Below are positions 26,438 to 37,078 of a stretch of DNA of 64,000 bases, in pieces. The position numbers and the translations under genes are program-made. The notes beneath the pieces were generated by a model. That model ran no database searches. It was not told the DNA's origin and saw only the letters and a program-made list of their open reading frames with translations. Origin of the DNA: Sphingomonas sp. (GTDB lineage: Bacteria > Pseudomonadota > Alphaproteobacteria > Sphingomonadales > Sphingomonadaceae); the NCBI GenBank assembly GCA_043727035.1, contig JAYSZB010000071.1, positions 21,767-85,766 of the forward strand. Direction: 5' to 3'. The first letter of the stretch is position 1. Every line of letters starts with the position of its first letter.

Positions 26438-28942
26438 GGCACAGCCCGGCGTCAGCGGAGCCGACATTATGCGGATATGCGCCACTTGCATGGTCAGTGC
26501 TGCATCGCTGCGCAGCCGCAGGCCGATCCTGTCGGGCCGGACATCGGTGGTCAGGCAGCGCAGCGGCAGACGCAGCGTGCGCCAGCCCTTACCCTCGGCC
26601 AGCGCGAGCGCGGCGGTGGCGTCGATCGCGCTGGCGCATTGCGCTCCGCAATCGATCGACACCCGCCCTTGCGGCCGTGCAGCGACCGCATAGTCGATTT
26701 CGACGACGGGCTCGGCGGCGTCGGTTGGGGCGGGCAACAGTGCGCTCGCCGTGGCTGCGATCGACCAGCTTGCCGGGCCCGACCAGATAAGTTCACGGAC
26801 GTCCTCCTGGGCGAGACGGTCGCGTGGGGCAACGCGCAGATGGCCGTCGATGCTTGCCCCGCGCTGACCGGCCAAGGGGGTTGCCCGACCGTCACCCGCC
26901 TCCAGCAGCACGGCGAATGGCACGGCGGCGACGCCGGCGCGCAACAATGTCAGCTGGTCGGCGGCAGTGTCGAGCAAGGCACAGTCTTGGTCGAGCGGCG
27001 GCATATCGCGCGCGCCGTCGGCAAGGGTAAGGCCATAGCCGAAGGCGAACAAAGGGGCGTAACCGTCCGCGCCGACATTATTGTCATACTGCTGGCAACT
27101 GGCCGGCCAAGACATCGGCAGGCGACCGCGAAAATCATGCTGCATCCGCCCGTCGCGACCGCGCAACAGCAGGTCGGCGATGCCGCCGCCTTCGCTGCCC
27201 GGCAGCCATCCCGCGACAAAGGCATCGGCGGTCGCGATCTCGCGATTGACCCACATCGGCCGCCCGGAGAGGAACAGCGCGACCACAGGAATGCCGTCCG
27301 CCTTCAGCCGTCGCATCAGCGCCATCGGCGCCTCATCGGCAAAGTTCAGCCCGGCGATATCGCCGGAAAATTCGGCATAGGGCCGCTCGCCGAAGACGAC
27401 GACCGCGACATCGGGGCGGCGCGTGTAACTGCCGTCGCGCGACACTATCGCCTGCCCGCCTGCTGCACCGACCTGTTCGGCAATGCCGGCGTAGATGGAT
27501 TGCGCCCCCGGGAAATCGGCGTTGGTCAGATCGCCGCCGCCCTGCCAGCTGATCGTCCAGCCGCCGCTTTGCATGGCGATGTCGTCGGCGCCGTCTCCCG
27601 CAACCAGGATCGTCGTCCGCGGGTCGAGCGGCAGCACACCGCCCCGGTTGCTGAGCAGCACCAGCGATTCACGCACCGCCTGTCTGGCGATGGCGCGATG
27701 CTCCGTCCCGCCTAGCAGCGCGGGCTGCATCGCCAGCGCGCGTGTCGACGGACGGCCCCGCTCGAACAACCCCATGCGCAACTTGACCCGGAGGATGCGG
27801 CGCACCGCTTCATCGAGCCGTGCCATTGGGATGATGCCGTCGGCGACCTGGGTCAGCAGCGTCGCATGCAGCGCGCGCCAATCCTCCGGCACCATATAGA
27901 TATCGAGCCCGGCCATCAGCGCCTGCGGGCAATTGCTGTTGGTGCAGCCGGGCAATTGGCCATGGCCGTTCCAGTCGCCGACCACCAATCCGTCGAAGCC
28001 CATCTGCCCGCGCAACAGACCGGTCAGATAGGGGTGGCTGCCATGCATCTTGACGCCATTGATGCTGGAAAAGGAAGCCATCACCGTCTGCGCGCCAGCC
28101 GCCAAAGCGGGTGGATAGGGGGCGACGTGCAGGGCGATCAGCGCGACTTCGTCACCGACGGTATCGCCCTGGTCGCGCCCGGCGGTGCCGCCATCGCCGA
28201 AGAAATGCTTGGCGGTCGATAGGACATGCTGCGGGCCGAGAAACTCTGCCGTCTCGCGCCGGCCTTGCAACCCCTCGACCATCGCCGCGCCAAGGCGGGA
28301 GACCAGCGCCGGATCCTCGCCATAGCTTTCATAGGTGCGGCCCCAGCGATCGTCGCGCGCGACGGCGATGGTCGGGGCGAAGGTCCAGTCGATGCCGGTG
28401 ACGGCGATCTCGGCGGCGGTCGCCTCTCCGATGCGGCGCACCAGATCGGCATTGCCGGTCGCGCCGAGAGCGACATTGTGCGGAAAGAGGGTCGCGCCGA
28501 CGACATTGTTGTGACCGTGCACGGCGTCGGTCGCCCAAAGCGCGGGAATGGGCAAGCGCCCATCGGCGCGCGGTGCGGTCGAAGCGTCCCAGGTGGCGTT
28601 GGCCAGCGCCAGCCATTCGGCGGCAGGCGCGCGCTCATTGCCGCCCGGGCCGCTGTTGCCGCCATTGAGGATGCTGCCGAATCCAAATGTGCGCACATCG
28701 TCGGGGGTGATCGTCGAAATATCGGGCATGATGATCTGCCCGACTTTCTGTTCGACCGACATGCCCGCAAGGATGGTGTCGATCCGGCTTTCGGTGGCCG
28801 CTGACCCGTCTGGCGCGGCGCTGGCTGCGGGCGACACGTCCGCTGCGCTGGAAAGTTGCTGCGCTGAAGTGGCGCAAGCCGACAACAGGCAGAGGGCCAA
28901 TGCTGCGGTCATGCGCCCAACTGGAGTCGATATGGTTATCAT
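26432..28942 (-). CDS. GH3 exo-1,3/1,4-beta-glucan glucohydrolase with C-terminal beta-sandwich, lipoprotein
   Basis: DAVHGH, RWGRTYESY, KHFFGDG, VVGDWNGH nucleophile, ESLVLL.N, GE.PYAEF; lipobox LSAC. Confidence 0.9.
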   Translation of the reverse strand: MITISTPVGRMTAALALCLLSACATSAQQLSSAADVSPAASAAPDGSAATESRIDTILAGMSVEQKVGQIIMPDISTITPDDVRTFGFGSILNGGNSGPGGNERAPAAEWLALANATWDASTAPRADGRLPIPALWATDAVHGHNNVVGATLFPHNVALGATGNADLVRRIGEATAAEIAVTGIDWTFAPTIAVARDDRWGRTYESYGEDPALVSRLGAAMVEGLQGRRETAEFLGPQHVLSTAKHFFGDGGTAGRDQGDTVGDEVALIALHVAPYPPALAAGAQTVMASFSSINGVKMHGSHPYLTGLLRGQMGFDGLVVGDWNGHGQLPGCTNSNCPQALMAGLDIYMVPEDWRALHATLLTQVADGIIPMARLDEAVRRILRVKLRMGLFERGRPSTRALAMQPALLGGTEHRAIARQAVRESLVLLSNRGGVLPLDPRTTILVAGDGADDIAMQSGGWTISWQGGGDLTNADFPGAQSIYAGIAEQVGAAGGQAIVSRDGSYTRRPDVAVVVFGERPYAEFSGDIAGLNFADEAPMALMRRLKADGIPVVALFLSGRPMWVNREIATADAFVAGWLPGSEGGGIADLLLRGRDGRMQHDFRGRLPMSWPASCQQYDNNVGADGYAPLFAFGYGLTLADGARDMPPLDQDCALLDTAADQLTLLRAGVAAVPFAVLLEAGDGRATPLAGQRGASIDGHLRVAPRDRLAQEDVRELIWSGPASWSIAATASALLPAPTDAAEPVVEIDYAVAARPQGRVSIDCGAQCASAIDATAALALAEGKGWRTLRLPLRCLTTDVRPDRIGLRLRSDAALTMQVAHIRIMSAPLTPGCAL

Positions 28943-29050
28943 CAAATTTCCTAACGCCTGTGACGCGCAACAAACAAAACAGCTATCGCCGACTGTCGAT
29001 CAGAAACGGTGGGAATGGGCGGCATTTTCGATCGACCAGCGGCCATGGGG

Positions 29051-29974
29051 TTATTGCCCTCCGGCTTGCGGGCCCGCGGCGGACGCCGCCGCTGCTGCGG
29101 ATAATTGGTACACCCTGACGTAATCGATCTCGAAACGGGCGGGGAAGGCTTCCTGCCGGATCCCCTGTTGGCCACCCCAATCGCCACCGACCGCGACGTT
29201 GAGCAGCAAGTGCATCGGCTGATCGAAGGGCCAGCGCGCGGCATCGCCCGGTGTGCTGCGGAAAAGGAAGCGGGGTTGGCCATCGACCCCGGTGACGATG
29301 AACGTCGGTGTCCACAGCATTTGATAGCGATGCATGGTCTGGCAGGCGTCATCGACCATGAATTTGGCGGTGCGGTGGGTGTTGAGGATGTGGTTGTACG
29401 CCTCGGTGTGGACCGTCTGGTTGATCTCGCCCGGCACATGGCCGACATGCTCCATGATGTCGATTTCACCGCCTTTCGGCCAGGCAAGCGTGCTGTTTTC
29501 CGGCAGCATCCAGATTGCCGGCCAGATGCCGACACCGCAGGGGAGTTTGGCGCGGATTTCGAAAAAGCCATAGGTCCACGCCTGGGCACCCTGGGTGAAC
29601 AATCGGGCCGAAGTGTAACGCTGGCGGCCCAAATCCGGAAACTGCGCCCGGCCGAGCCGCTCGGCGCGCGCCTCGATGATCAGCTCGCCATTCTCGATGC
29701 GGCTGTTCTCCGCTCGCCCGGCCGCATAATATTGCTGCTCATTATTGTACCAGCCTTGCCGGTTGCGATGCGTATCATAGCGCCAGCGCGCCGGATCAGG
29801 CAGGCCGTCGGTCGAAAACTCGTCCGCCCAGACGAGTTCATATCCTGTTGGCGGCCCCAGCAGCTCCTCAGGCGGATCGGCAGATGCGACCGGCGGTGCG
29901 GCAGGCGACTGTGCAGCCGCCGGGATGAACGATGACAGCAACAGAGTCAGCAAAGCCAGTTTTCGATATGACAC
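29051..29974 (-). CDS. GH16 endo-beta-1,3-glucanase (laminarinase-like)
   Basis: W.DEF, WYNNE.Q.Y, YTSARL, WPAIWML, GEIDIME catalytic motif, LNVAVGG.W, IDYVRVY. Confidence 0.92.
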   Translation of the reverse strand: MSYRKLALLTLLLSSFIPAAAQSPAAPPVASADPPEELLGPPTGYELVWADEFSTDGLPDPARWRYDTHRNRQGWYNNEQQYYAAGRAENSRIENGELIIEARAERLGRAQFPDLGRQRYTSARLFTQGAQAWTYGFFEIRAKLPCGVGIWPAIWMLPENSTLAWPKGGEIDIMEHVGHVPGEINQTVHTEAYNHILNTHRTAKFMVDDACQTMHRYQMLWTPTFIVTGVDGQPRFLFRSTPGDAARWPFDQPMHLLLNVAVGGDWGGQQGIRQEAFPARFEIDYVRVYQLSAAAAASAAGPQAGGQ

Positions 29975-30142
29975 CGCCGAGGCTCCTCAGGTAAATATCC
30001 AGCCCGGTGACCAAGGCTCAGGCGAAACAAGAACTTTCCGGCGGCGCTGCCCATTTCCCCGACGTGCCGGGATAAACGGGCCGGCGGTGTCATCACCACC
30101 GGCCAATTCAAGTCTCTGTCCTGCCGTCCCGCCCCGATGTTC

Positions 30143-33100
30143 TTAGAAGTCGAACCGAGCCATGAAGGTAAAGCGTCGATCGTTGCGGAATGCCGAACGC
30201 CGCACCCGCGTGCCGTCGAAATCGATCACCTGACTGGTCTGGGTAACCTCATCCAGCAAGTTGACACCCTGAACGCCGAGTTTGAGATTTCTGCTCACCG
30301 ACACGAAAATCGACGCGTCGAGTTGCCCAGTCGCCTCGCCATAAATCGGCGAGAAGGGGAAAATCACGTCACGCGGTGTCTGCAGGAAATCGGATCGCCA
30401 ATTATAGGCAGCGCGCGCCGACAGCGGGCCCATTTCGTAAAAAATGGTGGCGTTGACGGTGTGTTTCGAAACTCCCGCGAGTGGCAGGCCGCCAGCGAAC
30501 GGGCTTTGTTCGGCACCCAGCGAACTGTTGTTGAAATCGCCGGCATCGACATAGGTGTAGGTCAACTGAGACCCGAGCCCACCGAGGATGCCCGGCAGGA
30601 AATCATAAACCTGCTGATAGGCAACTTCGACGCCCTTGAGCGTGCCGCCGTCGCTGTTGGCCGGGCCATTCACCAGAACGTCAGTCGAAACACCGCTGCC
30701 GCTGGTGAAGGTGCGCACGGTGGCGCCGCCATTCACAATTCCCGAGATGTCCTTCAGGAAGGCAGCAACCGTGATCGATCCGACGCGGGCAAAATACCAT
30801 TCGAGCGACAGATCATAGTTCCACGATTCGGTCGGTCGCAGCAGGCGATTGCCGGTAAATATCTGGAACAGCGGCCCCGTCTCGAGCGTACCGCCCGACC
30901 GCAAATTTGTCGTGTTGTCCGAAATGCCACCGCCGGTGGCAAAAGCCGACATATCGGGTCGTGAAATCCCCTTGGATACCGCAGCGCGTACGACGATGCC
31001 GTTGCCGAAATCGACGCGGGCATTAAAACTGGGCAGCCAGCTGCTAAAGTTGATGCTGGCACTGTCATCGATCAACTCGCCTGTGAAAGCCGCTGCAAAT
31101 TGTGCAAGGCGGGCGGGCGACAGGCTGCAATAGCCCGGGGCGACCTGACCCGGCTGCACGGATGCGCAAGACACCTGCAATTCCGGCACGCTGACCCGGC
31201 CATCGCCGTTGCCACCGGGCGGCGTGTCGAAGAACTGGCCTGTCGGGAACTGGATAGACCCACCACTGCGGATGGTCGTCGCAACGTACCGAACGCCCAA
31301 ATTACCCACCAGTTCGATATTGCCGCCCAGATTGGCGCCGAAATCGACGCGGGCATAGGCCGCGTTGGTGCTTTCCTCGACATCCGAAATCTCGCCGGCG
31401 GTCCACGGCCCGCCAGGCAGGGCGTTGTTACGCGCCGAAATCGGGAACCATGCATTTGGCGTCAGCGTAAAGGCTGTGATCGCCGATGCCTGTGATTGAA
31501 CCGCGCCGCTCAGATAGTCAGCAACAACATTGTCGCCGCCAAAGAAGAAAGCGGATCCGTCGCCAAACGGGGTTGGCGCGTTACCGCGCTGGAAACCATC
31601 GCCGAACGGATTGCGCAATTGAGCGGAAGCGGGGAAATCGCCCACATAGGCTCCGCCGCAACCGAATGCCTGCGGGTCACCACAGTTCCAGTTGCCGCCA
31701 CGCCCCGTCCATGGTGCGCCGAGGTTGCCCCAGTTGGAGAAGTTCGCGTTGCGCGTGACACGGCTGCGGTCGCCCCACCGCGCGCCAAAGCGCACGTTCC
31801 TGAAGAAGCCATCGTCGCTGACATCATATTCGGCGTCGGCGCGCATGCTCGTCAGCTCGCCTTCGTTCCGTACCTGATTGTCGAGCAGGAACCAGTAAAG
31901 CGACCGTGCCGGATTGTTGAAATAGCTGGCTGGCGAATTCGCCGTCCCGGGCTCGAGGAACTGGACGAACGGGGTTTCGCCGCTGTTGTCGATAAACAGG
32001 TCGGTGTACGTCTGTAACGCCGAGATAAAGCCGGTTTCTTCGCGATCCGAAGTGATATGCTGCACCTCGAAGTTAAAGCGCAAGCGGTCGGTCGGATTGA
32101 GTTTGATCTGGATCGAATAATCTTCGGTCGTTGCCTCGTCTTCGCGCTGGAAGCGCAGCAACTCGGTCGGAATTCCGCGTCCGCCGTTGAACGGCTGGAA
32201 CTGCGTCAGCGTGCCGGACTCGAACTGATTGCCATTGAACACCGGCGTTGTGCCCGGTGCGATCGTCGGGAAAAGGCCATCGTCGTTGACCAGCGCAAGG
32301 ACGGCGAATTCATTGAGCGTCGCCTGGGTTTCGGCACGCAGATACTCCAGCGTCACTTGCGCCCGGCCGTCGTTGCTCTCCCACTGGGCAACAGCGGAAT
32401 AGGCATTACGATCACGCGTCAGGTCGGTTGTGCGGACGCCCGCGCCCTTAGGCACGAACACCGCTCCGGCGGGCGGGAATGTATCGGGATTGCCAGCGCC
32501 ACCGCTAAAGCCGCCCGATCCTACGGGACGAATGCGGATGCAGGCCGCATTGAGCGCCGGAGCGCGGTAACAGGGATCGGTGATCTGCGAAGCATCGGTA
32601 CGCGTCACGAGTTCCGACTGCGCGTAGGCAAGCTGCAAGCCGAATCTGCCGATGCCGGTATCGAACGTGTTGGACGCCAGCACCGAGAAACCAGGCGACC
32701 ATTCCTCGGCAAGGTCGCCGTAATTGCCCTCGACCGTCCCCGCGATATGGAAACCGGCGCGATCGAGCGGCTTGCGGGTGACGAGATTGACGGTGCCCGA
32801 AATGCCGCCGTCGACCATGTCGGCGGTGGTGTTCTTGAACACCTCGACCCGGCCCAGCAGCTCAGGCGACACATCGTTGAACGACAATTCGCGACCGCCA
32901 TTGGCAGAGAAAATATCGCGACCGTTCAGCTCCGAACGAACGAACGGCAGGCCGCGGATGATGACGCCAGAGCCCTCGACGGAGAAGCGATCAGGATCGT
33001 TGCGCTGTTCGAATCGCGAAATATTGACGCCGGGAACGCGCTGCAACGCTTCGGCGACCGAGCGATCGGGCAGCGCGCCGATGTCTTCGGCAGTAATGAC

Positions 33101-33337
33101 ATCGACCAAGGTGTCGGCGTTACGCTTGATCCCCTGCGCGCTTCCCAGCGCCGCACGGAAACCGGTTACGACAATATCGTCTTCCGCCTCGGCGGCTGCG
33201 TCGGCAGCAGCGACGTCCTCCGTTGGAACGGCCTCCTGAGCCGACGCGGACTGCGCTGCAAACGCGCACAATGCCAATGTCGATGCCGTGGTCCGCACCG
33301 CAATGCGCAACGCACCGGCTGCTGCTGAGTGTGCCAA
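30143..33337 (-). CDS. TonB-dependent receptor (sugar/glycan type)
   Basis: DIVVTGFRA TonB box, AEDIG.LPD.SVAEALQRVPGV plug, C-terminal aromatic RFDF; TTG start at 33337 after GGAGG. Confidence 0.93.
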   Translation of the reverse strand: MAHSAAAGALRIAVRTTASTLALCAFAAQSASAQEAVPTEDVAAADAAAEAEDDIVVTGFRAALGSAQGIKRNADTLVDVITAEDIGALPDRSVAEALQRVPGVNISRFEQRNDPDRFSVEGSGVIIRGLPFVRSELNGRDIFSANGGRELSFNDVSPELLGRVEVFKNTTADMVDGGISGTVNLVTRKPLDRAGFHIAGTVEGNYGDLAEEWSPGFSVLASNTFDTGIGRFGLQLAYAQSELVTRTDASQITDPCYRAPALNAACIRIRPVGSGGFSGGAGNPDTFPPAGAVFVPKGAGVRTTDLTRDRNAYSAVAQWESNDGRAQVTLEYLRAETQATLNEFAVLALVNDDGLFPTIAPGTTPVFNGNQFESGTLTQFQPFNGGRGIPTELLRFQREDEATTEDYSIQIKLNPTDRLRFNFEVQHITSDREETGFISALQTYTDLFIDNSGETPFVQFLEPGTANSPASYFNNPARSLYWFLLDNQVRNEGELTSMRADAEYDVSDDGFFRNVRFGARWGDRSRVTRNANFSNWGNLGAPWTGRGGNWNCGDPQAFGCGGAYVGDFPASAQLRNPFGDGFQRGNAPTPFGDGSAFFFGGDNVVADYLSGAVQSQASAITAFTLTPNAWFPISARNNALPGGPWTAGEISDVEESTNAAYARVDFGANLGGNIELVGNLGVRYVATTIRSGGSIQFPTGQFFDTPPGGNGDGRVSVPELQVSCASVQPGQVAPGYCSLSPARLAQFAAAFTGELIDDSASINFSSWLPSFNARVDFGNGIVVRAAVSKGISRPDMSAFATGGGISDNTTNLRSGGTLETGPLFQIFTGNRLLRPTESWNYDLSLEWYFARVGSITVAAFLKDISGIVNGGATVRTFTSGSGVSTDVLVNGPANSDGGTLKGVEVAYQQVYDFLPGILGGLGSQLTYTYVDAGDFNNSSLGAEQSPFAGGLPLAGVSKHTVNATIFYEMGPLSARAAYNWRSDFLQTPRDVIFPFSPIYGEATGQLDASIFVSVSRNLKLGVQGVNLLDEVTQTSQVIDFDGTRVRRSAFRNDRRFTFMARFDF

Positions 33338-33406
33338 GCTAACCTCCCCCAATTTCCCTGTCGTGACGGATTTCTACCCATCATCTGCGTAAAGGCTAAC
33401 GCCGAA

Positions 33407-33442
33407 TGAGAGCGTTCACAATAGTGAAAATGAACGTTCACA
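33407..33442. promoter_or_regulatory. Two LacI-type operators in the divergent TBDR/halogenase promoter
   Basis: TGAGAGCGTTCACA (33407-33420) and AATGAACGTTCACA (33429-33442), CG-centred pseudo-palindromes. Confidence 0.75.
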
Positions 33443-33498
33443 TTTTTCGATGTTCGGATATGGTGAGCGGCTTGGAATGAAGCGCACAAGGGACCGCT

Positions 33499-35004
33499 AT
33501 GGCCATCGAACATATCATCATTGTCGGCGGCGGAACCGCAGGATGGATGACGGCAGCGGCGCTGTCAAAGCTGACCGCCCACCGCAAAGTGACGGTGACC
33601 CTGATCGAATCCGAGGCGATCGGAACGGTAGGCGTCGGCGAAGCAACCATCCCGCCATTCCTTGATTTCAACAGGTTGCTCGATATCGACGAGCGCGAAA
33701 TGCTTGCCGCTGTGCAGGGGAGTTTCAAACTCGGAATCCAGTTCGTCAACTGGGGCAAGCTGGGCGACAGCTATATCCATCCCTTTGGCGCCTACGGCTA
33801 TCAGATGGAGGGCATTTCATTCCACCATGTGTGGCATAAATATCATACAGACGGTGACAAGCGCCCGATCCAGCTGTTCAACATGGAGACCATGGCTGCC
33901 TTTTTCGGCAAATTCGCGCGGACCGAGGATTATCAGCGCGATGATCTGCCACCGGTGAACTATGCCTATCATCTCGATGCCGGTCGCTATGCCAGATATC
34001 TGCGTGGCTATGCCGAAAAACGCGGTGTTGTGCGGCTGGAAGGCAAGATCGGCGATGTTGCGCTCGACGGCGAGAGCGGATTCGTCACGGCGGTGACGAT
34101 GGACGATGGCAGTGTCCACAGCGGCGACCTTTTCATCGACTGCTCGGGTTTTCGCGGGGTGCTGATCGAACAGGCGCTCAAAACCGGCTATGAAGACTGG
34201 AGCCATTATCTGCCCTGCGACAGGGCGGTCGCGCTGCCGTGCGTGCGCGAGGATGGCAGCGGCCCCTTACCCTATACCCGCGCGACAGCGCACAGCGCCG
34301 GCTGGCAGTGGCAGGTCCCGCTGCAGCACCGCAACGGCAACGGCCATGTCTATTGCAGCAGCTTCATGGAGGCCGATGAGGCGCTCGACATATTGGTGCG
34401 CAACATGGCCGGAAAGCCGGGCGCGGAGCCCAACCACCTGCGCTTCGTTACCGGTCGCCGCAAGAAATTCTGGAACAAGAATGTCGTCGCGCTCGGCCTG
34501 TCGGCAGGGTTTATGGAGCCGCTCGAATCGACCTCGATCCATCTGATCAACACCGGCATCAACAAATTGATTGCGCTACTCTCTCTCGATGGAGTGACGC
34601 CGGTGCAGGAGGCCGCGTTCAACCGGCTGACTGGCAAGGAATATGAGCGCATCCGCGATTTCCTGATCCTCCACTATAACAGCACAACCCGTGACGACAG
34701 CGCGTTCTGGAATTACTGCCGCACCATGGCGGTACCCGACAGCCTGACTGAAAAAGTCGAGTTGTTCCGCCACAACGGTCAAATTTTTCGCGAAGACGAT
34801 GAACTTTTCACTGAAACCAGCTGGGCTGCGGTGATGATGGGGCAGGGCGTCATGATGCATGGCCACAATGCCATGGCCGACGCGCTGAAGGAGCCGTCCA
34901 CCGGCAAGGAGGTGGACGCCATCCAGCAATCGATCCAATATGTCACCCAATATATGCCCAGCCATGGCGACTATCTGGCGCGCTATTGTCCGGCTGCGGC
35001 CTAA
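33499..35004 (+). CDS. Flavin-dependent tryptophan-halogenase family protein
   Basis: VGGGTAG, GVGEATIP, GSFKLGI (PrnA K79-equivalent Lys), FIDCSGF, WQWQVP, GFMEPLESTSIH. Confidence 0.92.
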   Translation: MAIEHIIIVGGGTAGWMTAAALSKLTAHRKVTVTLIESEAIGTVGVGEATIPPFLDFNRLLDIDEREMLAAVQGSFKLGIQFVNWGKLGDSYIHPFGAYGYQMEGISFHHVWHKYHTDGDKRPIQLFNMETMAAFFGKFARTEDYQRDDLPPVNYAYHLDAGRYARYLRGYAEKRGVVRLEGKIGDVALDGESGFVTAVTMDDGSVHSGDLFIDCSGFRGVLIEQALKTGYEDWSHYLPCDRAVALPCVREDGSGPLPYTRATAHSAGWQWQVPLQHRNGNGHVYCSSFMEADEALDILVRNMAGKPGAEPNHLRFVTGRRKKFWNKNVVALGLSAGFMEPLESTSIHLINTGINKLIALLSLDGVTPVQEAAFNRLTGKEYERIRDFLILHYNSTTRDDSAFWNYCRTMAVPDSLTEKVELFRHNGQIFREDDELFTETSWAAVMMGQGVMMHGHNAMADALKEPSTGKEVDAIQQSIQYVTQYMPSHGDYLARYCPAAA

Positions 35005-35048
35005 CCCCCACGCTTGCACGGGCGGGGCGCAGGGGGCGCGCGGAGCGG

Positions 35049-35732
35049 CTATTCGCCGACCAGGAACATGTTGATCGTCAGCCGCCCCTGACGCGGATCG
35101 GCTGACAGCAGCGCCGGGTCGGGAATCACGCCCGAATGCAATTGCCGCCCGCGATACAGCACTAATCGGTCGGGTTGCGCTTCGACTTCGTCGATCTGCT
35201 CGAACCAATCACCGTCACCATGGAAATAGCGTGCTTTGGGCATGCCATAGGCACGCTCGTCCTGAGTGAGTGCTGCATTATAGGCGTCTTCCCGGGCCGG
35301 GTTGATGGTTTCAAATGCGGTTCGGCGGTGCCGGTAAAAAGCTGTACCCCCGGTTTCCGGCCCCTTCAGATAATGCATGACCGCGACCACCTCGCCCCCG
35401 GCATGGTCATAATGCGGGATGCGTTGCAGCGGTGCCAGTTGATGTTCGGCCAGCGTCACCAGCGAAAAGGTCGAGGCATCGAGCCGCACCCCCCGTCCAA
35501 AGCCGAAAATCTGCTGCATGATCTGCATCATCAGCGGCCGCCGCCGGTCGAGGTAACTGGGATCGGCCCAGGAACGGATGCCGGGATAGGATGCGCCGGC
35601 ATGCCGGTATGCGGCGCCATACCCCTCATCGAGCAAGGCATCGACCGCGCCACTGAAGCCGTCGATGATAACCAGAGGCTCGCCCTCGCGCCCCATCCGG
35701 CGCACGGTCACTTTGGGTTCGGGAGGAATCAT
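35049..35732 (-). CDS. DUF6445-like cupin/2OG-oxygenase-fold protein
   Basis: PLVIIDGF, YPGIR, FSLVT......L...QRIPH.D, GGTAFYRHR.T..E, RL..Y.G..LHSG, GRLT.N.F; start MIPPEP. Confidence 0.7.
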   Translation of the reverse strand: MIPPEPKVTVRRMGREGEPLVIIDGFSGAVDALLDEGYGAAYRHAGASYPGIRSWADPSYLDRRRPLMMQIMQQIFGFGRGVRLDASTFSLVTLAEHQLAPLQRIPHYDHAGGEVVAVMHYLKGPETGGTAFYRHRRTAFETINPAREDAYNAALTQDERAYGMPKARYFHGDGDWFEQIDEVEAQPDRLVLYRGRQLHSGVIPDPALLSADPRQGRLTINMFLVGE

Positions 35733-35957
35733 TGCTCGGTAACGGTGCACGTAGAAGCTTGGCGACGTCAACTATGGACGCTTGCCACAATGGCCAAAGT
35801 TGCGGTTTCGCGCGCTTGGCATCGACCCCGCCCGTGTGACCGACGGTGCCTCGCTGTTCCGCTGGATGACGCCTGACGCCATCGTCTCGAACTGCACAGG
35901 TCAGGGGAGACGATGCAGGCCTGCCGCTGCCGCGCTGCAAATCTCATCCGCCACAAC

Positions 35958-35974
35958 GAAAATGAACGTTCACA
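35958..35974. promoter_or_regulatory. LacI-type operator upstream of the lacI-family gene
   Basis: GAAAATGAACGTTCACA is identical (17/17) to 33426-33442. Confidence 0.8.
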
Positions 35975-36025
35975 AGCGGCCGATTGTCCGGCATGGAAGG
36001 CGGCGGGGTGGGTCAAGGTCGAGTA

Positions 36026-37078
36026 GTGGCGAGCAAAAGCGGTACGGTAACGATCGAACATGTCGCGAGCGCTGCGGGCGTATCGCGGCAGACGGTGTCG
36101 CGCGTCATCAACGATGGCCCCAATGTCAAACCCGCGGTGCGCGACCGTATTCTCGCCGCCATCGACGTCTTGGGCTATGTCCCCAACCTCGCGGCGCGGC
36201 GCATGGGCGGGGCGCGATCCTATCTGATCCTCGCGATCAACGACCGGCAGCGCACGATCCACAACTGGCAGTCGGGGCTGGGCAATGACTGGGTCGACCA
36301 GATGTTGTGCGGCGGGATGCTGACCTGCGAAGCGCGCGGCTATCACATGCTGTTCGAACTGGTCGACATCGATCATGTGTCGGCGCGCAAGCAGGTCGAA
36401 CGGGCGCTGGCGGCGCTGCGCCCTGATGGCGTGATGCTGACGCCGCCGCACACCGCCAATGCCGCGCTCACGGATATGCTGCGCGACAGGGGCATCCCGT
36501 TTGGCCGCATCGGCGCAGCACCATCGGACGACGGCATCAACGTCTATATGGACGATGGCGCCGCGGCGGGCGAGGCGACCCAGCATCTGATCGACCTGGG
36601 GCACCGGCGCATCGCCTTCATTTCCGGCAGCGAGGCCTATGCCGCGTCCGATGCGCGGCTCGGCGGCTACCGCCGCGCCATGGGCTGGGCCGGCATCCCC
36701 TTGATCGCCGACCATATCGAACATGGCGATTTCAGCTTTGCATCGGGCGTCGCCGCGATGGACCGGCTGTTGGCGCTGCCGCAGCCGCCGAGCGCGGTGA
36801 TCGCCAGCAACGATGAAATGGCCTTCGCCGCTCTGCATGTCGCCAGTGCCAATGGCCGGGCGGTGCCTGCCGACCTGTCGGTGATCAGCTTCGACGATAC
36901 GCCGGGCGTCCGCTTCAGCGTCCCGCCGCTCACCGCCATCCGCCAGCCGATTGCCGATCTGGCGGCGCGGGTCAGCGGCCTGTTGATCGATGCCGCCAAC
37001 GGGGCGGACAATCACGGCAATTACCAACTGCCGTTCGAACTGGTCGTCCGCAGCACCACCGCGCCATCGGCATCATGA
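36026..37078 (+). CDS. LacI-family transcriptional regulator
   Basis: HTH TIEHVA..AGVSRQTVSRVIN, hinge YVPN.AAR, ASNDEMA, VP.DLSVISFDD, LT.IRQP; start GTG 36026 or ATG 35993. Confidence 0.93.
   Translation: MASKSGTVTIEHVASAAGVSRQTVSRVINDGPNVKPAVRDRILAAIDVLGYVPNLAARRMGGARSYLILAINDRQRTIHNWQSGLGNDWVDQMLCGGMLTCEARGYHMLFELVDIDHVSARKQVERALAALRPDGVMLTPPHTANAALTDMLRDRGIPFGRIGAAPSDDGINVYMDDGAAAGEATQHLIDLGHRRIAFISGSEAYAASDARLGGYRRAMGWAGIPLIADHIEHGDFSFASGVAAMDRLLALPQPPSAVIASNDEMAFAALHVASANGRAVPADLSVISFDDTPGVRFSVPPLTAIRQPIADLAARVSGLLIDAANGADNHGNYQLPFELVVRSTTAPSAS

Noticed and set aside
35772-35957. Small gene or RNA between the DUF6445-like gene and lacI
   Set aside because: No ORF with an RBS or recognisable motif and no terminator; treated as promoter DNA
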